Positions 20,327-29,918 of a DNA stretch of 53,984 bases are shown here, piece by piece (position 1 is the first letter of the stretch; every line of letters starts with the position of its first letter). The notes under the pieces were generated by a model. It was not told where the DNA came from and ran no database searches. It saw nothing but the letters and a program-made list of their open reading frames with translations. Origin of the DNA: Bdellovibrionota bacterium. Lineage in GTDB: Bacteria; Bdellovibrionota_C; UBA2361; JBGSMV01. Made by a program: the position numbers and the translations under genes. The DNA lies in contig JBIKWF010000016.1 of the NCBI GenBank assembly GCA_044356455.1, positions 1 to 53,984 on the forward strand, written 5' to 3'.

Positions 20327-20782
20327 TCAAGGTTCTTGGGTAGAAGCTTCCGCTTTACGCGCATCTTCAAGACACTTTTCAAGTGCCTCCCACGCCAACA
20401 TTGCGCACTTCACGCGAGCCGAAAATTTTCTCACGCCTTCAAGAGCTACGGCGTCACCAAGTTTCTCTGCTTCCTCAGGTGTCATTTCACCACGCATGAC
20501 AGACCGGAACTGAGCCATAAGCGTCTCAATTTCTGCCACTCCTTTACCCTGGCAGATTTCAGCCATCATGGATGCGGAAGCTTGGCTAATCGAACAACCG
20601 TGTCCGGAGAAACCAATTTCTCCCACTGAGCCCTTACCAACTTTGACGGTCAATTGAATCTGGTCGCCGCAAAGCGGATTGAAGAGCGAGCAAGCGGCGC
20701 TTGGATGAGAGAGACACCCGTGGCAGCGCGGATTCTTGTAGTGATCGAGAATCACTTCCTGATACAGATCGTCTAGTTTCAT
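20327..20782 (-). CDS. sufU: SUF system NifU-type sulfur transfer/scaffold protein
   Basis: LDDLYQEVILDHYKNPR, NPLCGD, GCSISQASAS, RVKCAMLAW. Confidence 0.93.
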   Translation of the reverse strand: MKLDDLYQEVILDHYKNPRCHGCLSHPSAACSLFNPLCGDQIQLTVKVGKGSVGEIGFSGHGCSISQASASMMAEICQGKGVAEIETLMAQFRSVMRGEMTPEEAEKLGDAVALEGVRKFSARVKCAMLAWEALEKCLEDARKAEASTQEP

Positions 20783-20807
20783 ACGTACGTCAAAATCCGA
20801 GACAGCC

Positions 20808-21125
20808 TTAGGGAACGCTCACCACAATCTCCCCATCCCTCTCAGCTACAGTATACACCTTTACGCCCGTTACGGCAGGCATACATAAATGCTTGCCAGT
20901 ACACACATTAAAGCGTGCGCCATGGGCCGGGCAGACCACCTCCCCTACCCCAGGCTCGAACGTGCCACTCGAGAGGCGTACTTCAGCATGGCTACAGCGA
21001 TCCTCGAGAGCTGACACCGTCCCATTATTCGAACGGAATACCACCACTCGCTTGGCCCCTACCTCTACCGAGCGCATCGCACCTATCGCAAGGTCAGCAC
21101 TCTTTCCCACGACTACCTCAAGCAT
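20808..21125 (-). CDS. Rieske [2Fe-2S] ferredoxin
   Basis: CSH ... CPAH Rieske ligands; 105 aa. Confidence 0.92.
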   Translation of the reverse strand: MLEVVVGKSADLAIGAMRSVEVGAKRVVVFRSNNGTVSALEDRCSHAEVRLSSGTFEPGVGEVVCPAHGARFNVCTGKHLCMPAVTGVKVYTVAERDGEIVVSVP

Positions 21126-22455
21126 ACAATTGCTCCATCACTACGCGGTCCACCGTGGATCTGGCGAATTCACTTGAGATTTTCGCCATAAGGTCTGCAA
21201 AGAAGCCCTCGACCAGAAGTTTCTCCGCGGCAGCCCGAGGCAGTCCGCGAGACATAAGATAGAAGAGCTCATCAGCACCGACCTGACCCACTGAGGCGCC
21301 ATGCGAGCACTTTACATCGTTAGCCTTGATCTCAAGATTTGGAATCGCATCTGCCCGTGCTTCGGTCGAGAGCAAAAGATTGCGATTCGTTTGATAGGCA
21401 TCAGTCTTTTGGGCAGCTTCCGCCACGCGAATAAAACCAAAATACACGCTACGAGCCACGTCCTTAAGCGCACCCTTACAATAAAGGTTTGAGCGGCAAT
21501 GCGGAGCAAGGTGCCACTGCGTGGGATGGAAGTCGACGTGTCGCCCCTCCGCACCTAGATACAGCGAATACATATCTGCCTGAGCCCCTGGCTCATACAG
21601 TTTGCAATCAAGATCTAGACGCGAGACTCGCGCCCCGAGAGCAACATGCACCGACTTAAGATGGGAATCGCGAAGAAGATGAAAGCGATGCCGCGCAAGA
21701 TAGGTCGCCGCATTTGAGAGGCGTTGAATAGAAACGAATTCAAGGGAGGCGTTGGCGTTAACTACGACTTCGATTCGCGGTGCAAGCAGGCCCTTAAAAG
21801 ACGAGAGCTCAATATCTTCAACTAAGGTAACTGAAGCTCCCTTCTCTACCAAGACCACCACCAAAGGCGAAGCCGACGGTGCGGCGCTGGCGACTACCTG
21901 AGAGAGAAGCAAAGGCTCTTTAATCTGCTTTCCCGCTGCGATATGGATTACACACCCCGAGCTTGCCGCGGCAAGCAACATTTGGGAGGGAGCATGCTGC
22001 TCTAGGTCACCTGCGCGCTCGCCAAAAATCTCTTCGAGCTGAGAGGCGTAGGCAGAAAAATCAAAGCTAAGAGTGACGCCCGGAGGCAACTCAGTCCGAG
22101 ATTGCCCGCTCGAGACCTGCCCATTCTTCTCCGCGAGAGTTAGCCCAAACTGCACCGCCCCGGGGGAGCGCAGCACATCCCACGCAAACATCTCTGGTTT
22201 GGTATAACGCCAGAGCTCATGATTCGACTGGGGAAAAGGCAAGGCAAGAAATCGAGTTAACGCCTCCTGCCTAAGCGCCATCATGGGCCGACCGAGTCCT
22301 GCCGTTTTCTCAATCGCCTCTACGTCTCGGAGAGAAAGCTGAGTTTGCCCCTCTCCCCCACCCTGACCTTCTTGCACATTCATGATCACTATATCCTTGG
22401 GAAGCCGCGTGACTGAAGGCTCGCTCCCGTTCTGTTGTTTTCCCCGGTTCAGCAT
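21118..22455 (-). CDS. sufD: Fe-S cluster assembly protein SufD
   Basis: ELWRYT, AQKTDAYQTNRNLLLS, IPNLEIKANDVKCSHGASVGQ, LFYLMSRG. Confidence 0.9.
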   Translation of the reverse strand: MLNRGKQQNGSEPSVTRLPKDIVIMNVQEGQGGGEGQTQLSLRDVEAIEKTAGLGRPMMALRQEALTRFLALPFPQSNHELWRYTKPEMFAWDVLRSPGAVQFGLTLAEKNGQVSSGQSRTELPPGVTLSFDFSAYASQLEEIFGERAGDLEQHAPSQMLLAAASSGCVIHIAAGKQIKEPLLLSQVVASAAPSASPLVVVLVEKGASVTLVEDIELSSFKGLLAPRIEVVVNANASLEFVSIQRLSNAATYLARHRFHLLRDSHLKSVHVALGARVSRLDLDCKLYEPGAQADMYSLYLGAEGRHVDFHPTQWHLAPHCRSNLYCKGALKDVARSVYFGFIRVAEAAQKTDAYQTNRNLLLSTEARADAIPNLEIKANDVKCSHGASVGQVGADELFYLMSRGLPRAAAEKLLVEGFFADLMAKISSEFARSTVDRVVMEQLYA

Positions 22456-22500
22456 TTACCGTCTGCGCTGCATACTTTTGCACCGCATATTCCTGCACAT

Positions 22501-23325
22501 TTAGTGGGCAGCTTTCTTCGCCGCCTCTTCAATCACCCAATCATACCCTCGGGCCTCAAGCTGCAGAGCCAGCTCATTTGTACCCGAACGAATAATCTGA
22601 CCATTATAAAGCACATGCACAAAGTCAGGCTTCAAATGGTCCAAGATCCGGTGGTAGTGCGTAATTACAAGAACCGCTGGCTTTTGCTCACTCTCTTGCA
22701 TAATGCGGTTGACGCCACCTGCCACAATTTTTAGCGCATCAATATCGAGTCCCGAATCTGTCTCATCAAGCACGGCAAGCTTTGGTTCCAGCACCGCCAT
22801 CTGCAGAATCTCGTTGCGCTTTTTCTCGCCGCCGCTAAAGCCCTCATTGACGAACCTTGTCGCAAAGGACTTATCCATCTCAAGCATCTCCATCTTCTGC
22901 TGAAGAAGCTTTCGAAACTCGAGCACCGTCATATCTTTCTCACGCCGAGCATTGAGCGCTGTGCGAAGAAAGTTGAGAATTGAAACGCCTGGAATCTCCT
23001 GAGGATACTGAAAGGCAAGAAAAACGCCCTTGCGTGCGCGCTCGTCAGGCTCAAGGGCGAGCAAATCCTCTCCCCCGAACTTCACACTCCCTGAGATAAC
23101 AGGGTAAAGCGGATGACCCGCGATTACTTTCGAGAGAGTAGACTTGCCACTCCCGTTTGGTCCCATGATTGCATGCACTTCTCCAGGACGAATCGAAAGG
23201 CTAAGGCCTTTTAGAATTTCTTTCCCTTCAATGCCTGCATGAAGCTGAGAAATCGAGAGTAAAGGCTCTTGCTGAACTGCTTTTGCAGAACCAACTTGAT
23301 CAGAGCTTGATGGTAACGCTGTCAT
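22501..23325 (-). CDS. sufC: Fe-S cluster assembly ATPase
   Basis: [59 protein letters not shown]. Confidence 0.96.
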   Translation of the reverse strand: MTALPSSSDQVGSAKAVQQEPLLSISQLHAGIEGKEILKGLSLSIRPGEVHAIMGPNGSGKSTLSKVIAGHPLYPVISGSVKFGGEDLLALEPDERARKGVFLAFQYPQEIPGVSILNFLRTALNARREKDMTVLEFRKLLQQKMEMLEMDKSFATRFVNEGFSGGEKKRNEILQMAVLEPKLAVLDETDSGLDIDALKIVAGGVNRIMQESEQKPAVLVITHYHRILDHLKPDFVHVLYNGQIIRSGTNELALQLEARGYDWVIEEAAKKAAH

Positions 23326-23543
23326 AATTCCTCTCAACTTCCCGAATAATAAAAACTTTCAAAGGTGGGCAAAATGCAATCGAGGCCCCTTAGGCCCCCG
23401 AATTTTTGGTTCCAAGTGCAATTCCGCGCTCACTTCTTCCCTACTCACCATTGCCGAAGCCGGCTCAGTGTTCGGAGGTATTTCAGAAGCGGCCCTAGAG
23501 CACTGGTTTACGCTAGTTTAGCTACGAGGTCCAAACTATGGAG

Positions 23544-23572
23544 ACTATAATTGAGTTAGAAACTCAAGTAAA
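23544..23572 (-). promoter_or_regulatory. Putative suf promoter with a palindromic operator in the spacer
   Basis: Minus strand TTTACT-N17-TATAGT; TTGAGTT-aga-AACTCAA inverted repeat at 23551-23567. Confidence 0.5.
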
Positions 23573-23705
23573 GCTATGCTACTGAACTTTCTAGAGAAAT
23601 AGAGCATCGAGCATCAATCTAAGATGCCGAAACCCATAACAATTCAAGACCTACCCTGGATTAAACCTTCGCCTCTCGCTGCGCGAGTGACCGCGGGACG
23701 GACAA

Positions 23706-24050
23706 CTACTTCGCGCCTCCCAAAAGCACTGCTAACTTCAAGGCATTCTCAATCTGCCCTGAAAGCTTAATCGCACCTGAAAGATAGGCTACTTGGGGGT
23801 TCAGTTCGCAGTTAGCAATCGCGAGAAGAGTTTTTGCCGAAACAAGAATGGTGCAGTCAGCTCTCCCCTCTCCTTCGGAGACCTTGGGAGGCGGGCCAGG
23901 GCTAAAAACCCAGCGCTGCCCCAAAGAGCTTGACGCTTCGTCTACTATCTCGAAAGCAAAAGAATGCCCAAGCTCAGAAGAAACTCGGGGGTCACCAAGT
24001 AATCGCGAAGCCCAATGATTAAAAACCTGCTCAGCACGCTCAAATTGCAT
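23706..24050 (-). CDS. SCP2 sterol/lipid-binding domain protein
   Basis: ADCTILVS...LNPQVAYLSGAIKLSG...ALKL. Confidence 0.85.
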   Translation of the reverse strand: MQFERAEQVFNHWASRLLGDPRVSSELGHSFAFEIVDEASSSLGQRWVFSPGPPPKVSEGEGRADCTILVSAKTLLAIANCELNPQVAYLSGAIKLSGQIENALKLAVLLGGAK

Positions 24051-24091
24051 GCACCTATACTAGTGGGAATCGCGAAAATTGAGAACGGGTG

Positions 24092-24991
24092 TTACGCAGG
24101 ATCCCCGAATGATGTGAGATCTAGCCTCGGATAGCGCTTCACGTGTTCCATCAGCTCCTCCGGGGAAAATTTGGTGCGCTCAATCGGACTCCAATCAGGA
24201 AAGCTATTTGCCTGAGGGCAAGAGCTTCTCACCCACCGCAGCTTCCCCTCCCATTTCCCGGTGCTCGGATCCTCCCCTGCGAATTCGACCACTTGGCAGT
24301 TCCTCAAATCACCCTTCTCAGAGTTAAAGAAGTCTCGCTGGGTTTCAGTCGAGAAATGCGCGACCTCCGACCATAAAGCCTCAATGTATTCGCCGTGCGT
24401 GACCACAAGTACTCGTTTTCCAGAAAACTCCCTTGAACAACGCTCAAGCAGTGTTCGGCTGCGAAGTCTCGTCATAAGGAGCGTTTCTCCATCGGGCATG
24501 GGCATGTGAAGCGGATCCCTCTCTCTAAGATCCATAAGCTCCTCCCTGCGCTCCGGAGACCGCGTCGAAAAGACGCCCCAGTTTCTTTCTCCGAGCAGCG
24601 GATCAATAAGAATGCGCACATTCTTCCAGCCGGCCGCCGCACACGCGAGAGACGCAGTCTCCATGGCCCGGGCATGATTTGAGACAAAAATAGCGTCAAA
24701 ACCGTCAGGGTACTGCTCCGCGAGCCACTTGCCCGTAACTGCCGCTTGGGCTTGCCCTTTTCTAGAGAGGCGAATCTCTCGATCTGGGGTAGCAAGATAT
24801 TGTGGAGGGAACTCAGAAATTATCTTTTTCTTGATGGCACGATTGATGAGATTAGCCTGACTTTCGCCGTGCCTAAGCAGGGCAAGTCGCCGAGGCATTT
24901 GAAAGGCGATCCCTAGTTCTTTAAGATCTGGCATCGAACATGCGCCGGGCGTATCGGCCTTCTGAGCTGCTGCTGAACTCTGATGAACCAT
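24092..24991 (-). CDS. Histidine phosphatase (phosphoglycerate mutase superfamily)
   Basis: LLRHGES, RAMET, LGERNWG, PDGET, LVVTHG. Confidence 0.92.
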   Translation of the reverse strand: MVHQSSAAAQKADTPGACSMPDLKELGIAFQMPRRLALLRHGESQANLINRAIKKKIISEFPPQYLATPDREIRLSRKGQAQAAVTGKWLAEQYPDGFDAIFVSNHARAMETASLACAAAGWKNVRILIDPLLGERNWGVFSTRSPERREELMDLRERDPLHMPMPDGETLLMTRLRSRTLLERCSREFSGKRVLVVTHGEYIEALWSEVAHFSTETQRDFFNSEKGDLRNCQVVEFAGEDPSTGKWEGKLRWVRSSCPQANSFPDWSPIERTKFSPEELMEHVKRYPRLDLTSFGDPA

Positions 24992-25162
24992 CGGTGGGGC
25001 CTCCTTGGAACAGCCGCTTCAAGCGCGTGCTGAACTCCAAAAAGTGTGCCCAATCAGGCCAATTTAACGAAACGAAATAGTAGTGAATCTCTGAAATGAA
25101 CTCGCTCTCCTTAGAACCGGCTGCGAAGAGGAAGGACAGGTTCGGGCGAAGTCTATATCTAG

Positions 25163-25292
25163 GGAACCTCTAAAAAACCTGGATATTTTATTTCTTTCCC
25201 TCCGTGTGCTCTGTGCCCTCTGTGGTTTTTCAACAATTTAAATCAACCACAGAGGGCACAGAGTTCACAGAGCAGACTTTTTCAGAGCTTCC
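25163..25292. mobile_element. MITE family A copy (130 bp)
   Basis: CTAG|GGAACCTCTAAAAAA ... TTTTTCAGAGCTTCC|CCAG; internal long hairpin ctctgtgccctctgtggtt...aaccacagagggcacagag. Confidence 0.7.
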
Positions 25293-25320
25293 CCAGATGT
25301 TAAAGGGCTCCCTCTCAGTG

Positions 25321-26313
25321 TTAGGCGAGCGATCCAGTTGAAAGATGCTCTATCAAATCGTTAAGTGAGCGGGCTTTGCGATAACTGCCCATCATGCGTG
25401 AACCAACCTGCTTTGCCTTGCTTGCCATAAGCAGCGCGGTCATTTTGTCGCCCACGGCATAGAAGGCCTCTGCAAGCACGTGCAGCTCGCGAGGACTCGA
25501 CCAATCACCAAACTGACAGGCGTTTGTGGCCAGTTGTAGCGCGTATTCAGGACTATGAAACTGACCCGCTCTTAAGTAGGACTCGGCGAGAAGTGAAAGA
25601 ATACGGGGATGATTCGGAGCTACCATGAGGCCGCGCCTTAGCTGTTGGCGCGCAAAAGGGACTTTCCCCTCTTCAATCAAAAGCTCAGAAAACGCGAGTA
25701 CTGCCTCAAGTGAAGTAGGACCCTCACACGTGAGCTTGTAAAGTCTCTCACGCCCTTCTTCGAATTCGCCCTTTTCAAGCAGCAAGCGAGCCTTCGCCAC
25801 TTCTAGCTTTCTGCGACCTCGCTCTGACTGTTCAGGAAGCTCATCAGCAATACGGAGGTGCTGAGCAGCTTCTTTGAGGAGATATGCCGCACCGCCACCA
25901 TCAATCGTCGCAAGTACAAAAGTAGCCGCGAGATCCGCATCAACGGGTAAAACTTTAAGCGCACGGCGCATGGTCCAGGCCGCTTCAAGGGGCTGGCCAA
26001 TCCAAATTTGGAACTGAGCAAGACGAAGCTGGGCTTCACGCGAATCAGGTGACTGTTGAACCGCGAGGCGCAGCTCATGCTCGGCCTCAGTCAGTTTTCC
26101 TGTTTTGAAGAGACAAAAAGCAAGATCGAGACGGGCGCAGGTACGCGCGGGATGCTGGCTATTTTTTGCGAGGCCTTCGCGATAGAGCGGGATAGCGCGG
26201 GAAAACTCGGCCGCCTTATAATGCTGGGCTGCTCGAATCCACGCGAGCACAGGAAGCGTGCCCCACGTCTTCCACCACTTGCGATACAATTTAAGACCTT
26301 TCCAGAGATTCAT
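25321..26313 (-). CDS. Tetratricopeptide repeat protein
   Basis: Multiple TPR-like units (ARLDLAFCLFKTGKLTEAEHELRLAVQQSPD etc.). Confidence 0.85.
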   Translation of the reverse strand: MNLWKGLKLYRKWWKTWGTLPVLAWIRAAQHYKAAEFSRAIPLYREGLAKNSQHPARTCARLDLAFCLFKTGKLTEAEHELRLAVQQSPDSREAQLRLAQFQIWIGQPLEAAWTMRRALKVLPVDADLAATFVLATIDGGGAAYLLKEAAQHLRIADELPEQSERGRRKLEVAKARLLLEKGEFEEGRERLYKLTCEGPTSLEAVLAFSELLIEEGKVPFARQQLRRGLMVAPNHPRILSLLAESYLRAGQFHSPEYALQLATNACQFGDWSSPRELHVLAEAFYAVGDKMTALLMASKAKQVGSRMMGSYRKARSLNDLIEHLSTGSLA

Positions 26314-26525
26314 GACAAAAACCTTTCTGCGAGCACCTTTTGAGAGCAGAGTGCGACCTGCTTTTCACTCCTATCGTGAGAAGCCATGCGCCTGCTTCTA
26401 AGAACCTTAGTCAATCTTCGCTCACTCCATAATTTCAACGACTTACCAAGAAAACATCACAAGCCCTGCGTTTCTCAAGATTTCCCTCAGTGCTAAGCTG
26501 CGTCCCCGCTCTTTTTCATCGCTAG

Positions 26526-26634
26526 GAGTCTGTCCCGTAGAAAAATTCTACCACTACATGTTGTGGTGGCAACGGGACAGCCCCCCTACGGATTGTGTCC
26601 AAGATGAGGATTTATGTTTCTACGGGACGCACTC
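26526..26634. mobile_element. MITE family B copy 2 (109 bp)
   Basis: CTAG|GAGTCTGTCCCGTAGAAA ... TTTCTACGGGACGCACTC|CTAG, with identical 4-bp flanks. Confidence 0.72.
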
Positions 26635-26755
26635 CTAGCTTGGAAGATTGAATACCCGCGCCCCTTCGAGAGAGTACACGTTGCGAAAGGTTATCAAAGG
26701 CTTCATACCCCTTGCCGTCCGTCGCCTCGCAACGATCCTGCCTAATCTTTGACTA

Positions 26756-27619
26756 CTATTCGAAGAGCGCCTCGCCAAATCGAACCGGTCCCAAAGAACG
26801 AGGCATGGCGCGCTTCTCATCTTGTGGGTCCGAAGTCTTTTCTTCTTCATTCCATTCCGTAAGCAGAACCACACTCGAACCCATATGAAAGCTTCCTAGC
26901 CGAACCCCGCGCTCAATGAACTTAGGCGCCGCATACTCCCTTACAAGCTCCTTCGGCATTTGCCCTGAATTCGTGAGCCAATCATCATACTCAGTGCTAA
27001 TTCGGCCCACGTTAAACGCCCCTACCATCACCACGGCAAGAAGCCCCCGATCGGTCTCGACAAAAGTAATCAGTCTCTCATTTTCACAGAATAGATCCGC
27101 CACATGGTGGAGGGCCCAATCATTTACCGGCCAAAGGCGACCGGGAATATACCGACTCTTCACTACCCGGCCCGAGAGCGGGGCATGAATGTGGTGGTAA
27201 TCAGGCGGCGAAAGGTAAAAATTGAAGGCCCAGCCCTCCTGAAACCTCTCTGCGAGCGGGTCATTTCCCAGCAACTTGGTGAGGGAATAGTGCTGTCCCT
27301 TTACTTGCTCAAGCCCTTCTCGAACGAGCCGCGCACTGCGCAGTTTCCCATCAACCGGGGAGACCAGAGCCCTCTCCTCTTGAGGAAATACCCTCGCACC
27401 TGGCACAAGAGAGCGATTAAAGAGCTCGGCAATGCATTTAAACCCACCCTGAGGCACCTCAGCCTCAGAAAGGTTGATTTTAAAGGCCCTCGCAAAGATA
27501 TCCGTTGCCAACCGAGCCAAAAAAACGGGCCTTCGAATGCGTACCAGGGCACCAGTCCCTCGGCTAAGTAGGGCCTGTGGGAGCACTCCCATAACTCCCT
27601 TCCAAAGGGCAAAAGACAT
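26756..27619 (-). CDS. psd: Phosphatidylserine decarboxylase proenzyme
   Basis: VSPVDG, QVKGQHYSL, YLSPPDYHHIHAP, LFCENER, VGAFNVG, cleavage motif FHMGSS. Confidence 0.92.
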   Translation of the reverse strand: MSFALWKGVMGVLPQALLSRGTGALVRIRRPVFLARLATDIFARAFKINLSEAEVPQGGFKCIAELFNRSLVPGARVFPQEERALVSPVDGKLRSARLVREGLEQVKGQHYSLTKLLGNDPLAERFQEGWAFNFYLSPPDYHHIHAPLSGRVVKSRYIPGRLWPVNDWALHHVADLFCENERLITFVETDRGLLAVVMVGAFNVGRISTEYDDWLTNSGQMPKELVREYAAPKFIERGVRLGSFHMGSSVVLLTEWNEEEKTSDPQDEKRAMPRSLGPVRFGEALFE

Positions 27620-27711
27620 AGCTTTCTCCTTGATAAATCGTCTTTCGGACCGGCACGTTCGCCTATAGCATAAGAGACTGCAAGTTACCCCTCGCGAATA
27701 CGGAGGAACCG

Positions 27712-28632
27712 ATGTCGAAAGGATCCACAGCAGCTCAAACTACTTTCTCAGCAGGCTCCGAAGCTGCTGGCCAGGACCAGTTTTTGGGCCAGTTTATTCC
27801 CCTGCACTACCATTATCAGATGCTGCTTGATCAGTCGCGAATGAATGGCTTTCAGCAGGCAATTGATCGCGCGGTTGCCCCGGGCGCAAAAGTGGTAGAG
27901 CTTGGCGGCGGCACCGGCGTGATGTCGTTTTTCGCGGCCAAGAAAGCGGCGAAGGTCTGGTGCGTAGAAAGAAACCCGCAACTCGCAAACGCTGCTCGCC
28001 GCTTCTTGGAGATGAATCGCGTGAGTGATCGCGTGGAAGTTGTCGAAGCCGATGCGACGGAATTTGTCCCCCCTGGTGAAGTAGACGTGGTTATCTGCGA
28101 GATGCTGCACTCGGCTCTTCTTAGAGAAAAGCAGATCCAAATAATTGAAGCGTTTAAGCGCAACTACAAAGCCAAGGTGAGCCCAAAGCTCCCTATCTTT
28201 ATTCCCGAGGCAACAATTTTAGGTGTGCAGCCCGTCGAGCAAAACTTTACTTTTCACGGCTACCAGGCGCCCATGCCGGTATTCTTTGAGCCGCACCTTA
28301 AAGATACAGGCACCCTAAGCTTAACCGACCCCATGGTGTACGCCCTCTTTGAGTACCGAAACGATCTTAAAGATCACTTTTCTTTCCAGATCTCGGTAAA
28401 GTGCGCGGCAGGCGGAACCCTCAACGCCCTGCGGTTTGTTACCAAGAATGTGCTTTCTATCAATGTGGAAACAAACGCCACCGTTGATTGGCATAACTTT
28501 TATATGATTCTTCCGATTGAAAAGCCTTTCGCAGTCGCGACGGGAGACCGCATTTCTATTTCCTTCGCCTACCGCGCGGGAGACGGGATTGAGGCGCTTA
28601 GCGAAAGTATCAAGGTTAGCAAAGAACAATAG
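27712..28632 (+). CDS. Class I SAM methyltransferase with PRMT-like architecture
   Basis: HYQMLLDQSRM, VVELGGGTG motif I, DVVICEMLHSALLRE double-E-like loop, beta-rich C-terminal domain. Confidence 0.85.
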   Translation: MSKGSTAAQTTFSAGSEAAGQDQFLGQFIPLHYHYQMLLDQSRMNGFQQAIDRAVAPGAKVVELGGGTGVMSFFAAKKAAKVWCVERNPQLANAARRFLEMNRVSDRVEVVEADATEFVPPGEVDVVICEMLHSALLREKQIQIIEAFKRNYKAKVSPKLPIFIPEATILGVQPVEQNFTFHGYQAPMPVFFEPHLKDTGTLSLTDPMVYALFEYRNDLKDHFSFQISVKCAAGGTLNALRFVTKNVLSINVETNATVDWHNFYMILPIEKPFAVATGDRISISFAYRAGDGIEALSESIKVSKEQ

Positions 28633-28742
28633 GCAGAGAGTCGTTAGTAGGCTCCCCTAAAAGCTTCCGTCTCCAGTTTACGAACCCACGAGCCCTGGCG
28701 GCACCTTGAGGGACTGAAAGCCCATACGTTGATAACAGCGCT

Positions 28743-29918
28743 GTGGACCGATACACTACCTGGGTGCAAGCGCTCAATCCAAAATCGTCCTCTCCAAATC
28801 ATGCAGGGTCTCCTTTGCAGGAACAAACTCCTTTGCAGAAATCGCCCCAAAGCGCAGGCGCACCTGAAACCACCGTCACCACGTGGAAAGCGAAGCTGAT
28901 TCTCATTTGCTTTGGTCTCATTCTAGGACTGATAGCACTCGAACTTGGGCTCCGATACCTTAAGCCCCTCATCATGCCGTCCGCAAAGGGCACGGAATTT
29001 GAATCCCTCGACGACGTGCGGCGTACCCTGCTCGGAGGAAATGACTCAGCCGGCTCTAATACGGCGACCTCCGAAACTCCTCAAAGCATGGAGAGTGGAA
29101 ATCTACGTGCGATAGTGAACCCGCATCACCACGACAAGATTATCTTCGATCTAAAACCGAATCTCGACGTCGTCTTTCAGCGCGCCCAAGTAAAGACAAA
29201 CTCATGCGGCATGCGCGAACCAGAACGCACCCTCGTGAAGCCCTTTGGGACATACCGCATCGCAATTTTAGGCGACTCTTTCACCTTCGGTTGGGGTGTT
29301 CGCCAAGAGGAAACGTTTGCGCAGCGCCTCGAGGATAATCTCAATCGCATAAGCAAGGGGAACCCCAAATTCGAGGTTCTCAATTTTGGAGTGCCTGGGT
29401 ACTCAACGTTTCAGGAGGTCGCACATTTCAAGGATTTTGGCCTCGACTTTTCTCCCGATGAAGTACTGGTCTTTTTTGTGCAGAACGACTTTGAGCTCCC
29501 TTTTTATGTGCGGGACATCTATAGGCCTGGCGGCATTCTGTCCTCAACCGAATTCTTACGCCTTGGCGCGAAAGCAATCGACTCGAAGATTGAAGAGCAG
29601 CGTCTTCAGATGCGCGGCCTGGACCCTAACTCAGCCCTCGCGGAATTAAGTGATCTCACGAAGTCTCTAGGAATCCGCCTTTCTCTTACTATTAATCCCC
29701 GCAAAGAGTGGAAGGAATGGCGCGATAGACTAACAGTTCTTTCGGAGCGAAGTGATATTCGGCTCATAAATATGCGCCCTGATTTTATGCGATTGGTCGA
29801 AGGCCGAAAAATTCCCACTCCCGATCTGACGCTATCTTTTGACCCTCACCCCAGCCCACTTCGACATGCGATGTATGGCGATCTCTTGACTCCCTACTTT
29901 ATGGACGTGATCCAATGA
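28743..29918 (+). CDS. Membrane-anchored SGNH/GDSL hydrolase
   Basis: N-terminal TM; ILGDSFTFG, NFGVPGYST, QND, DPHP blocks; start codon uncertain. Confidence 0.85.
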   Translation: MDRYTTWVQALNPKSSSPNHAGSPLQEQTPLQKSPQSAGAPETTVTTWKAKLILICFGLILGLIALELGLRYLKPLIMPSAKGTEFESLDDVRRTLLGGNDSAGSNTATSETPQSMESGNLRAIVNPHHHDKIIFDLKPNLDVVFQRAQVKTNSCGMREPERTLVKPFGTYRIAILGDSFTFGWGVRQEETFAQRLEDNLNRISKGNPKFEVLNFGVPGYSTFQEVAHFKDFGLDFSPDEVLVFFVQNDFELPFYVRDIYRPGGILSSTEFLRLGAKAIDSKIEEQRLQMRGLDPNSALAELSDLTKSLGIRLSLTINPRKEWKEWRDRLTVLSERSDIRLINMRPDFMRLVEGRKIPTPDLTLSFDPHPSPLRHAMYGDLLTPYFMDVIQ

